In this document: positions 26,289-34,277 of the stretch, in pieces
Numbering within the stretch: the stretch's first letter is position 1
Layout: the number at the start of each line of letters is the position of its first letter
Origin: a virus
Lineage: Duplodnaviria; Heunggongvirae; Uroviricota; Caudoviricetes
Reading direction: 5' to 3' (one strand)
Length of the DNA: 35,267 nt
IMG/VR virus record: IMGVR_UViG_2737471818_000009
Translations under genes and position numbers: made by a program
The notes under the pieces: generated by a model
Database searches by the model: none
What the model was told of the DNA's origin: nothing
The model's input: only the letters and a program-made list of their open reading frames with translations

Positions 26289-29053
26289 TTTTTGTTTCCA
26301 CTTGTCAGGCCACCCCGCAGCAGGTCTGCTTTGCGGCGGGCGCGTTCAGTGGTTTCACTGATTCTCTGTGCATGCTCTGCGTCGCGGATGGCGCGCAGCA
26401 TGTCAGAAAGCACGGTAACGGGGGTTTTCATGGTGTTCTGGTCCTGCTGAAGTGTGGATGCCAGACGTGCGGCGGCTTCGGGGTCTGATGCCCCCAGCTG
26501 TTCCAGATAGCTGGCGGCCGGGTTATGGCGGATCTCCGTGCTGCTTACGCCGTGATTACGGCTCAGGCGCTGCCAGAGCTGCGTGATTCGGCTGTCCGGG
26601 CGGGTATCCGGTTTGCGTACAATTTCAAATCCCTGCGGTGCAATGATGCTGCCGTCAACGTACAGACTGCCGCCCCGTAACAGGTGCTGCATCTGCTGTT
26701 CACCAATATGCAGGCCGAGAGATTCAGCAGACTCCCGCCATTCTTTAGCGAGTAATTCGTGGTTATCAGGCAAAGGCCGCTGCTGTTTGCGGCTCTGTGT
26801 CCAGCTTTGCATTTCATCACTGCTGTTTTTTGCCTGTTTGTCACGAAGCGAACGCATCAGCGCCCGGCGTTCGTGCCGTTTCAGTGAGCGCATCCATTCA
26901 TTCACTTCAACGCCGTCAGGAATCTGCGGCCACGGTGCTGGCCGTTCTTCCGGCTGTTCTGTCCCGTTGTTGCCTGTTTCCTGTACACGGGGACAGTTAT
27001 TGCCACGAGTCCAAGGGGCGGCAGGGCCGCCCTGAAGGTCAAAACCATTTTCGCGGGTGCTGTCTTCCGCTTCCGGTTTACGTCTTACCAGCTTCCAGTT
27101 ATCCGGATGCGTGCACACACGGGAGGATTCCCCGATGAGTGGTGACCAGATCCCGTAAATCTGTACACTCTGCTCGCCGTAATCGTTCAGCTCATCTGCG
27201 AGGTCGTAGGCGGTACGAATCAGGTAGTCTTTGCGTGGAACAAGTACGCCGCCCTGTTTCTCTATGTAGGTGGCAAAACATCCGGCATCGGCGGCAGCGA
27301 GTACCGCATCCATTGCGTCATTTTCCAGACGTTGCGGTCCCTGTGGGTTACGTGCCATCTGACAGGCAAGGCGGCGCAGTTCACGCCACACCTGACGGGA
27401 GGGGATGCCAAAGAACTGGAACTGGCGGACCCGGTGAAGGCGCGCCCAGCCGATGGCGCGTTCCACGCTTTCTGCCATCGTCTTTCCTGATTCGTCGTCG
27501 ATGCGCGGTTTGCCTGTTTTCGGGTCAATGCCATCCACGGCGCGGCTGTCCAGGTTCTTTCCGATGTAGGTGGCGATGTAGCTGGTCGGCGTACCTTTCG
27601 AACCGTCGACGTACTCTGCCTTAAAGCGCGGAGTTATGTCATTGCCCAGCTCGTGGCGGTCTTCGCGAATGGCAATATCACGGGTGATGTCCACGATGCT
27701 GTCGATTTCTTCAGGATGTGCAAAGACCATCATGTGCCAGTGCACGGTGCCGTCATGGTGAGGCTCCACCGTGCGAATGCCATACCAGCGCAGGCCGTCG
27801 CGGTTCAGTTTTTTGCGGACCGCCTTAAAAAACGTGTTAACCAGGTAATCGCTGGAATCGCGCATGGTGGCCCCGTTCCATTTGGGATTCGGATTACCGT
27901 TCTCTGTTGTGGCGTGGTATTTTGACGGGCAGGTGACAGTCAGAAACACCGCTCTGTCGCCACGGGCTTCGGCCAGAAGTTCCAGCCCCTTCATGGTGGC
28001 CATCATTTCTGCCTTACGGTGAACCGGGTTACTTACTCCCGCGTAATACACTGTCTCGAGATCAATCGTGAACCCGTCTTCGTTTTCCAGCATGAAACTT
28101 TTCAGGTAATCGCGTGTTTTCTCGCGCTGTGCGCGAAACTCGCTTAACGCGTCCTGGCTCAGATAAGGCGATGTTTTTCTGGAAACCAGACAGGCGGCGC
28201 GGAGTTGTTCTTCTCTCCACTCGCAACGTAACAGCCACAGTTTGCGTTTCCACCAGTCCGCACAGGTCAGGCGAAGGATTGCGCCCGGCAGCAGTTCCGT
28301 ATCCGGTTCGCTCTTGTTCAGGGCTTCGTAATGTGGCGGCATGATGTGCAGGCGTAATGCGATACGAGCCAGCATCCGGTAAGCCTTCAACATTACATCC
28401 ATGGTCAGCTCGCCATCTCTGGCACCAAAGCCATCGCAGAGTGTTTCGAAGGTGCTGCTGAACATCGCCGCGGTCATGGTGGCCAGCGTCTGTATCTGGT
28501 GCTTGTTGAGCTGCGGCAGGTAAAGCAAATCGTCCAGGCGTTCGCGCCCGGCAAGGGAGCGATAACCCGGTGTCAGCCAGCGATGATCGGTGCGGTCCAG
28601 ACGTTCGAATATTTTGCGCAGGGTCCCACGCGCATAGCGTTCTGCCTGCCTGGCGTTTTTTCCTTTCTGACGATCGGCTTCCTGTTTTTTGCGCAGGAAG
28701 GAGAGGTGGCGGCTCAGTGGTTCACGCAGATAAACAGGTAGTGCCTTTAGTGTGGCAAAGGCACGGGCTACTGGGTCTTGTTCTGTTGCCCGGCGCTTAC
28801 TGATGATGCTCTGTGCCAGCTTTTCACGCTGTCCGGCTTCCTCAAGGGATGCCATGAGTTTTTTACCCATGGCGGATTGTGCGAAAAAGGCTTCTTCCTT
28901 CGCTTCCTGTTCTTCCCGTGCCCTTTTGTCTGCCTCAAGGTAGTAACGGATGGCGCGTTGCAGGTCGGTTTCAGTTTCCTGCCTGCGCTCCGTAAATCTG
29001 GCCGGATCAATGGCTGGCCGTGGTTCATTCCAGCTCCATGCAAACTCGCTCAT
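26228..29053 (-). CDS. A: Replication initiation protein A (HUH rolling-circle endonuclease, P2/186 gpA family)
   Basis: 941 aa from ATG 29051..29053 (ATGA overlap with the upstream ORF; alternative start 29080); HUH motif TVHWHMMVF and paired-tyrosine motif YIATY. Confidence 0.85.
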   Translation of the reverse strand: MSEFAWSWNEPRPAIDPARFTERRQETETDLQRAIRYYLEADKRAREEQEAKEEAFFAQSAMGKKLMASLEEAGQREKLAQSIISKRRATEQDPVARAFATLKALPVYLREPLSRHLSFLRKKQEADRQKGKNARQAERYARGTLRKIFERLDRTDHRWLTPGYRSLAGRERLDDLLYLPQLNKHQIQTLATMTAAMFSSTFETLCDGFGARDGELTMDVMLKAYRMLARIALRLHIMPPHYEALNKSEPDTELLPGAILRLTCADWWKRKLWLLRCEWREEQLRAACLVSRKTSPYLSQDALSEFRAQREKTRDYLKSFMLENEDGFTIDLETVYYAGVSNPVHRKAEMMATMKGLELLAEARGDRAVFLTVTCPSKYHATTENGNPNPKWNGATMRDSSDYLVNTFFKAVRKKLNRDGLRWYGIRTVEPHHDGTVHWHMMVFAHPEEIDSIVDITRDIAIREDRHELGNDITPRFKAEYVDGSKGTPTSYIATYIGKNLDSRAVDGIDPKTGKPRIDDESGKTMAESVERAIGWARLHRVRQFQFFGIPSRQVWRELRRLACQMARNPQGPQRLENDAMDAVLAAADAGCFATYIEKQGGVLVPRKDYLIRTAYDLADELNDYGEQSVQIYGIWSPLIGESSRVCTHPDNWKLVRRKPEAEDSTRENGFDLQGGPAAPWTRGNNCPRVQETGNNGTEQPEERPAPWPQIPDGVEVNEWMRSLKRHERRALMRSLRDKQAKNSSDEMQSWTQSRKQQRPLPDNHELLAKEWRESAESLGLHIGEQQMQHLLRGGSLYVDGSIIAPQGFEIVRKPDTRPDSRITQLWQRLSRNHGVSSTEIRHNPAASYLEQLGASDPEAAARLASTLQQDQNTMKTPVTVLSDMLRAIRDAEHAQRISETTERARRKADLLRGGLTSGNKKQTETGFTNPVNEQKTRRDI

Positions 29054-29439
29054 GGCTGGTATCCCGTCACGCGCTGCCACTCCTGCGAGAAGATGGCGGA
29101 AAGGCGGTTAAATTCAGCGGTGTATTCACTCAGCGAGGCACACCCGCCAGCAGTGCGATGCGCCAGCATTGCCGCGAATACGGAGGCCGGGGAGTCGTAA
29201 TACGCCAGCAGTGATTCGCCGTGTGGTGTCAGGCAGTGCAACGCCAGCCCGTGTGGTGTGAAGTCCACGCGGTAGCAGTCGTCTACTGTGAAATAAAGGG
29301 TGTCCGCATTCTCCGGTTTTGTAGTGCGTGCTCTGTTGTCACGACCACGGATGTAAAGATCAAATAATCCCTGAAGAACGGGAGCCAGACGGGTGTCCTG
29401 TGTGCGCACCCATCTTGTGAAGTCATGAGCGTCAATCAT
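29050..29439 (-). CDS. Hypothetical early protein, 129 aa
   Basis: ATG 29437..29439; stop overlaps the A start; no recognisable motif. Confidence 0.4.
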   Translation of the reverse strand: MIDAHDFTRWVRTQDTRLAPVLQGLFDLYIRGRDNRARTTKPENADTLYFTVDDCYRVDFTPHGLALHCLTPHGESLLAYYDSPASVFAAMLAHRTAGGCASLSEYTAEFNRLSAIFSQEWQRVTGYQP

Positions 29440-29511
29440 GCTGCAATTCTCTTTACTACAGATGTGCGAAGGCCTCCCGCCGCAAGGTGCAGGAAAGGCC
29501 CGGAACAGGAA

Positions 29512-29742
29512 TTAATGGAGTTTGTTTTGCTGCTGGATGAGCTGCTGAAGCTCGCGCAGATCATCCGCCAGATAGCTGAAAACAGCGGATGAATAGAGGT
29601 TTGAAAGTTCGCAGCTACGCTCATGCAGCATATTGATGTGCATGATTTTAGCGACGCGGAATGCGCGGGAAAGTCTGCGGTTGATTTCAGTCTGGATGTG
29701 ACGACGCTCCGCGATAGCGCGGTGCTGTTTGCGGTTTGCCAT
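29512..29742 (-). CDS. Hypothetical early protein, 76 aa, basic
   Basis: ATG 29740..29742; first ORF downstream of a 370-bp structured noncoding region. Confidence 0.35.
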   Translation of the reverse strand: MANRKQHRAIAERRHIQTEINRRLSRAFRVAKIMHINMLHERSCELSNLYSSAVFSYLADDLRELQQLIQQQNKLH

Positions 29743-29921
29743 GGTGTGGCCTCGTGTATAGTAAGTTTTGAAAACTCACCATCCAGAGGTGGAAAACTCG
29801 GGGTGGTGAGACGTACAGGGTTTCCACAACCGGCTATACACGAACCCGGCCCGACCGAAGTCGGCCCCATACGCCCCACCATAATTCTGACGCGAAAAAG
29901 ACGTGGCGATACGGTACGCAC

Positions 29922-29942
29922 AAAAAAACCGCTGGCGCGGTT
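29922..29942 (-). terminator. Rho-independent terminator candidate in the early region
   Basis: plus-strand aaaaaaa then accgc tggc gcggt; on the minus strand the hairpin is followed by a run of T. Confidence 0.35.
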
Positions 29943-30109
29943 GTGCGCGTGTATAGTCAGCGGGGTGGAAATCCCGGCACCCGTTTTATGAGGTGCAGCG
30001 GAAATGTAACCTGACTGATTGCGGCATGGCAAGCGGTTTTTTTGTGAGAACGGCATACTAAAAAATCCTGATGCTGCTCCGGCCAGCGGTTTCCACTGGC
30101 CGGGTTTAA

Positions 30110-30940
30110 TTACTTCACCGGAACAAACGGAACAGCGGTATTACTGGTCATGTATTGCGGCAGCGTGCCGTTCCATTTGTTGATAGCTTCCAGCTCCATA
30201 ACGCCGGGGTTCTGGCGCAGAGCTTCACCGCGCAAACGAATGGCGTCGGCTTCAGCCTGGGCTTTTGTGCGAATGGCATCAGCCTGTCCGGCTGCTTCTG
30301 CGCGTAGCATGTTGGCTTCTGCTTCGCGCTGCTTGACTTCCTGTTCGCGTTGCAGAGTTTTCTGGTTTGCCGTGACTTTGGCATTAATGCTGTCGATAAC
30401 GGTTGGTGGGTATTCCGGTTTACCGACATAAGAGAGGCTCATTACCTGAATGCCGATAGGTGTCATTTCTGCCTGAATGTCTTTAAGTGCTGAATCCAGC
30501 AGTTCAGACTTGCCGCCGTCGATAAATTTATCGGTGGTCATTTTGCTGGCCAGTCGGTTGAGTGCGTCGGCGATCTTCTGGCGCAGGTCAGTGTCGGTAA
30601 TGTCATCCACGCCTTTGCGGTAGGTCTGAAACACTGTAGTAACTTTGGATGGATCAACCTTGTAGGCCACACCGATGTGATAGCCGATGGTTGTGCCGTC
30701 ACTCATCTGAAAGCTGAACGGCTCATCGTAGGTCTTCATTTGTTTGAAGGTTGGGAAGATGTAAACCTCTGTATTCCAGCCTGTCCAGTAGCGGCCAACG
30801 CCAACTACTTCGCCGACGCCTTTGTCGTCGCCCAGCTTGTTGACTTTGATGCCCACATTACCTGGCTCAACGCGATCGCAACCAACCAGCAGGATGGCGG
30901 CAAAAAGCGGGAGAATCTGAAAGAGTTTGAATTTCTTCAT
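30110..30940 (-). CDS. SPFH/band-7 (stomatin/prohibitin-like) lipoprotein
   Basis: 276 aa; signal peptide with lipobox LLVGC; SPFH-like core; C-terminal Ala/Glu/Gln-rich coiled-coil (QREQEVKQREAEANMLRAEAAGQADAIRTKAQAEADAIRLR). Confidence 0.75.
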   Translation of the reverse strand: MKKFKLFQILPLFAAILLVGCDRVEPGNVGIKVNKLGDDKGVGEVVGVGRYWTGWNTEVYIFPTFKQMKTYDEPFSFQMSDGTTIGYHIGVAYKVDPSKVTTVFQTYRKGVDDITDTDLRQKIADALNRLASKMTTDKFIDGGKSELLDSALKDIQAEMTPIGIQVMSLSYVGKPEYPPTVIDSINAKVTANQKTLQREQEVKQREAEANMLRAEAAGQADAIRTKAQAEADAIRLRGEALRQNPGVMELEAINKWNGTLPQYMTSNTAVPFVPVK

Positions 30941-31140
30941 TGTTTGATTTCCTTGATGTACTTACTGAAAAGGCGAACAACGCCTGCCGGGTACAGCATG
31001 GCAATGAAAATGCCCAGCAATACCAGGAAGGAGCTGTCTGATGAAATCATTCGGGGGAGTAGTCCTGCATACAGAATGAGAGAGACGAGGACGCATACCA
31101 GCGCCCACATGTATGCGCGAAACCAGGTCTTTTTGTTCAT
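30937..31140 (-). CDS. Small membrane protein (two TM segments) coupled to the SPFH gene
   Basis: 67 aa, two hydrophobic helices; its stop overlaps the SPFH start (ATGA). Confidence 0.5.
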   Translation of the reverse strand: MNKKTWFRAYMWALVCVLVSLILYAGLLPRMISSDSSFLVLLGIFIAMLYPAGVVRLFSKYIKEIKQ

Positions 31141-31151
31141 ATCGCGGTCCT

Positions 31152-31451
31152 TTACTGGTTAAGGAAAAAATCGAAAACGTTGTCGATGCGTTGCAGCAGC
31201 TCCTGCTGCATTGCTTCCGGCGTTTCTGATTCACCTGGTGACTCCAGCGTCGCGCAAAAATCCTTGATTTCATGATGGAGCGTCAGACGAATGGCAGGAG
31301 CCGTGGTTCTGGCGTGCTCCAGCTCATCCAACAGTGCCAGCACAGCAGACGGCGAGAGCATTGCGCGAAACGCCAGTAATTTTTGATGCGTTGCCATTCG
31401 TTGCAGGGCAAATGCCAGTTCGCGTAGCTTCTGGTGGTTGATGGTGCTCAT
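31152..31451 (-). CDS. Hypothetical early protein, 99 aa
   Basis: ATG 31449..31451; helical, no recognisable motif. Confidence 0.35.
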   Translation of the reverse strand: MSTINHQKLRELAFALQRMATHQKLLAFRAMLSPSAVLALLDELEHARTTAPAIRLTLHHEIKDFCATLESPGESETPEAMQQELLQRIDNVFDFFLNQ

Positions 31452-31537
31452 GCTCTGGCTTCCTTCAGTAGCTGGTTAAACATGTGAGTAAGTGGATTGC
31501 TACACCCGAACGGCATCGGGTTTACGTGGTAAGAAGC

Positions 31538-31714
31538 CTAGCCTCCTGTTTTGCGAGCGCGACCACCTGTGCTGCGGTTTGTTCTGATGACTAAGCCGCC
31601 GCGCCAAAGTCGGCGTAACTCAGCATTAATGGCTGTGGTTGGGGTATTCAGTGCTGCGGCGATTTCTCCACCGCTACACCCCGGATTGGCGGCGATATAG
31701 TCCAGAATGGTCAT
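31538..31714 (-). CDS. Hypothetical small protein (58 aa), possibly DNA-binding
   Basis: ATG 31712..31714 with AGGAG RBS; basic C-terminal tail; the track ORF start at 31774 is probably over-extended. Confidence 0.3.
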   Translation of the reverse strand: MTILDYIAANPGCSGGEIAAALNTPTTAINAELRRLWRGGLVIRTNRSTGGRARKTGG

Positions 31715-31739
31715 CTTCGTGGCTCCTGTACCCTGATCG

Positions 31740-31940
31740 TTAGTTGCCTGCTTTTTTGCGCAGAACCTGTACATACATCACGTTAGTAGCCGTGTAATGC
31801 TTCCCGTTCTTAAGCCAGATGTGATGAATACCGGGCTCGCTGCGGGAGGGGGCTGTTCTGTCGTGATCGATCAGGCTGTCTTCCACGTCGTATTCAATGC
31901 CGCCCGATGTGAAATGTACGGTTAAGAATGATTTGATCAT
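31740..31940 (-). CDS. Hypothetical early protein, 66 aa
   Basis: ATG 31938..31940 with AGGAG RBS 7 nt upstream. Confidence 0.3.
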   Translation of the reverse strand: MIKSFLTVHFTSGGIEYDVEDSLIDHDRTAPSRSEPGIHHIWLKNGKHYTATNVMYVQVLRKKAGN

Positions 31941-31968
31941 CGCTGTGCTCCTTTGGTTTTTCATGGGG

Positions 31969-32382
31969 TTATGCGTTAAATGGGGAAGAGGTTGCTATGT
32001 CGATGAACGCAATCCGGTCGCGTCTGATGATGTGTACATCACTCAGCGGTTCGCTCTCATTTGCCGGAACCGCAGCAATCATGTAGCTCCCCTGCAGGTC
32101 TGCCAGGATGATGTATTCCTGTTGTGGGTTGTTGATGATAAAGACCCGTTTCCCAATGCTGGGGGAAGAAGTGTTGGTGCCGGCTAATTGAGCTTTGAGA
32201 GTGCTGATTTCGTTGTTCAGGCTTTCAATAAGTCCAGCAGCACTTGCGGTGACTTCTGCTATAGCCATTGAACGAACATAAAAGGGAATAAGCCCTTCTC
32301 TCAGTGCCTGCCTGGCTAATGCATCTTCCATTTCTGATATTTTTTTCAGTTTGGTGATGGTGACTGTATCTTTAGCGTTCAT
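31969..32382 (-). CDS. Hypothetical early protein, 137 aa
   Basis: ATG 32380..32382; no recognisable motif. Confidence 0.35.
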   Translation of the reverse strand: MNAKDTVTITKLKKISEMEDALARQALREGLIPFYVRSMAIAEVTASAAGLIESLNNEISTLKAQLAGTNTSSPSIGKRVFIINNPQQEYIILADLQGSYMIAAVPANESEPLSDVHIIRRDRIAFIDIATSSPFNA

Positions 32383-32474
32383 TTTGTATCCTCGTTATTT
32401 GTGTGTGCGAATACCTCCGCGAGTGCGGATTGTTTTCACGTTTTCTTGTTTAATGTGGTGTTTTATTTGTGCTG

Positions 32475-32588
32475 TTATTCGTCAGAGAAAAAACGCTCAA
32501 TCTTTTTCACTGAATGAATAATTCGCATAATCCCAATAGCGCAGGCCACCGAAATAATCAGAACAAGCCATGAGATAAATATGCTCAT
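32475..32588 (-). CDS. Small hydrophobic peptide (37 aa, single TM), not in the ORF track
   Basis: Hand translation MSIFISWLVLIISVACAIGIMRIIHSVKKIERFFSDE; its ATG overlaps the stop of the upstream 80-aa ORF (ATGA). Confidence 0.35.
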   Translation of the reverse strand: MSIFISWLVLIISVACAIGIMRIIHSVKKIERFFSDE

Positions 32589-32827
32589 GCGATATTCCCC
32601 AGGTTATACGGTTCAATGTGGTCCCCGTTTTCTGCGGCGCAGACGAGTATGGAAAGCTCGTCGAGCGCGTCCGGATCGTCAATGTAAAAAGCCGTGTCGT
32701 ATATACTCTTGATGGCCCTGGTCAATGACTCTTGAGCTGCGCGTTCAGCATGAGTGCCTGATGCGCTTAAGCGAAAATGAAAGCGCTCAAGTGCTTTATT
32801 GACGAGAGTTTTATATTCTTTATCCAT
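32585..32827 (-). CDS. Hypothetical early protein, 80 aa
   Basis: ATG 32825..32827; acidic. Confidence 0.3.
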   Translation of the reverse strand: MDKEYKTLVNKALERFHFRLSASGTHAERAAQESLTRAIKSIYDTAFYIDDPDALDELSILVCAAENGDHIEPYNLGNIA

Positions 32828-32838
32828 CGCAACGCCCT

Positions 32839-33117
32839 TTAATCTGCCTTCTGGATTTCTGCTTCTGAATCCATGCAGATAATTTCGATATATGGTTCAT
32901 CGCCATTAACCTGACGTGCTTTTTCAGCTTCGCTAATAATTTCGCGTACGGTCTGGTACGGAAGTTCCACAAACAATCGCGTGCCGTTCAGATAAAGGTA
33001 AGTAGCCACATCTTTTGCTGCCGGGACTACAGCATCAATAGCCGATGCGCGTAATAACAGTTCACCGCGAAAATCAATAAAACGGATAAATACACCTTGT
33101 GCATGCTCTTTGGTCAT
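32839..33117 (-). CDS. Hypothetical early protein, about 93 aa
   Basis: ATG 33115..33117 chosen to avoid a 50-bp overlap with the upstream gene; the track gives 33177. Confidence 0.3.
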   Translation of the reverse strand: MTKEHAQGVFIRFIDFRGELLLRASAIDAVVPAAKDVATYLYLNGTRLFVELPYQTVREIISEAEKARQVNGDEPYIEIICMDSEAEIQKAD

Positions 33118-33127
33118 AAAGCACCTG

Positions 33128-33469
33128 TTATAAATCAGCCTGTTTAATAAAACTTTGCCCGCGAAGCAGACGATCAACCGTGCGTAGTGCTTCGTATAAT
33201 GTGAAATCCTGCCCGAACTGATTGTCGCCGCAGCTCAATGCAAAAATGCGGTTTCCGGTAAACGGATTGCGTGGGCATTTGTGAACCACGATTCCAGCTT
33301 TCTCAATCAGCCAGGCATGCTCGCCGATTTGTTTTACAGCGTGGCCATCCGGTGTTGCGTGTGTTTCGCTCAGGCTGTAGCGAGAGCTGCTGCGTGATGC
33401 ACTGGTGGCGAAACGGTTAGCGTGGCGTTCAGCCCCATTACGAAAGCGTGAATTACGTTGCTGTTTCAT
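33128..33469 (-). CDS. Hypothetical early protein, 113 aa, first gene after cox
   Basis: ATG 33467..33469; basic N-terminus; no recognisable motif. Confidence 0.35.
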   Translation of the reverse strand: MKQQRNSRFRNGAERHANRFATSASRSSSRYSLSETHATPDGHAVKQIGEHAWLIEKAGIVVHKCPRNPFTGNRIFALSCGDNQFGQDFTLYEALRTVDRLLRGQSFIKQADL

Positions 33470-33487
33470 ATCAAAACTCCCTGCATC

Positions 33488-33814
33488 TCATGCAGCAAAA
33501 TTAAGGAAGCCTAATCCCAAATCTTCCGCCAGCTTCTTGGCTTTATTAAGCCAGTGGTTGCGCCAATCTTTACGCTCAGGAGGAAGCTGTTTCGTTGCGT
33601 CATAGACCATTTCGAGCCACTCGTTCCATAGAATGAGAAGGCGGCGTGAACTTCCTTCCTCGCCTAAAACTTCACGCTCAGTGGCCAGAGGGATGAGTCG
33701 ACGTTCCACCAACTTTCTTACGGCTGATTCGGTCTTGCCCGTGCGGCGAGCAAATTCATCGACGGTGATGGCGTCTGGGATCTTAAACAATGCCCTCAAT
33801 AGTTCTTCATTCAT
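33488..33814 (-). CDS. cox: Cox-like excisionase / early-operon regulator
   Basis: 108 aa, divergent from C; EFARRTGKTESAVRKLVERRLIP and WNEWLEMVYDATK...RKDWRNHWL parallel the architecture of P2 Cox (recalled). Confidence 0.65.
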   Translation of the reverse strand: MNEELLRALFKIPDAITVDEFARRTGKTESAVRKLVERRLIPLATEREVLGEEGSSRRLLILWNEWLEMVYDATKQLPPERKDWRNHWLNKAKKLAEDLGLGFLNFAA

Positions 33815-33908
33815 GTGATAATCTCCCTGTTTGGGGTATAGGTGAGATATTTACCCCATAGTTCAACTCATTGTTTGCATAATGCACTACATATTTGGAG
33901 AATGCAAT
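33815..33908. promoter_or_regulatory. Divergent Pe/Pc-type immunity switch region between cox and C
   Basis: 94-bp intergenic region between divergent genes; inverted repeat TGGGGTA (N14) TACCCCA; GGAG RBS for C. Confidence 0.5.
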
Positions 33909-34211
33909 ATGATTTTGGAGATTGGTGAAAAACTAAAACTAATGCGTGAAAGTGAGCGCATTACAAGTCGCAATGAGGCTGCGGAGTTAATAGGTATTCC
34001 GCATAACGCGCTATGGCGTTATGAGACTGGCGAATCCATACCCAAAGGGGATGTAATGATGAAAATCTTAAATTGTCCGCGGTTCGAAAAATATGCCTTG
34101 TGGTTTATGACTGGAAAAATTGCGCCTGAATCCGGGCAGATAGCTCCGGCTCTCGCACACTATGGGCAAGAGCCAACGGATTTACCCCCATCCGAAAGGA
34201 AAATTGGTTAA
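33909..34211 (+). CDS. C: Immunity repressor C (P2 C family)
   Basis: 100 aa from ATG 33909; C-terminal GDVMMKILNCPRFEKYALWFMTGKIAPESGQIAPALAHYGQ closely matches P2 C as recalled; the track start at 33882 is probably over-extended. Confidence 0.85.
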   Translation: MILEIGEKLKLMRESERITSRNEAAELIGIPHNALWRYETGESIPKGDVMMKILNCPRFEKYALWFMTGKIAPESGQIAPALAHYGQEPTDLPPSERKIG

Positions 34212-34277
34212 CCCTTTATTATTCTTACGTTTTACAAACTGGAAATGTCTTTCCTCGTTTCACCGGAGGGCTTGCCA

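Noticed and set aside
29436-30056. 206-aa minus-strand ORF across the early noncoding island
   Set aside because: Covers a repeat- and hairpin-rich region, has no RBS and a Ser/Cys-rich low-complexity translation; the region is better explained as noncoding
32497-32682. 61-aa minus-strand ORF
   Set aside because: Overlaps the better-supported 80-aa ORF in another frame; the coupled 37-aa hydrophobic ORF explains the region better
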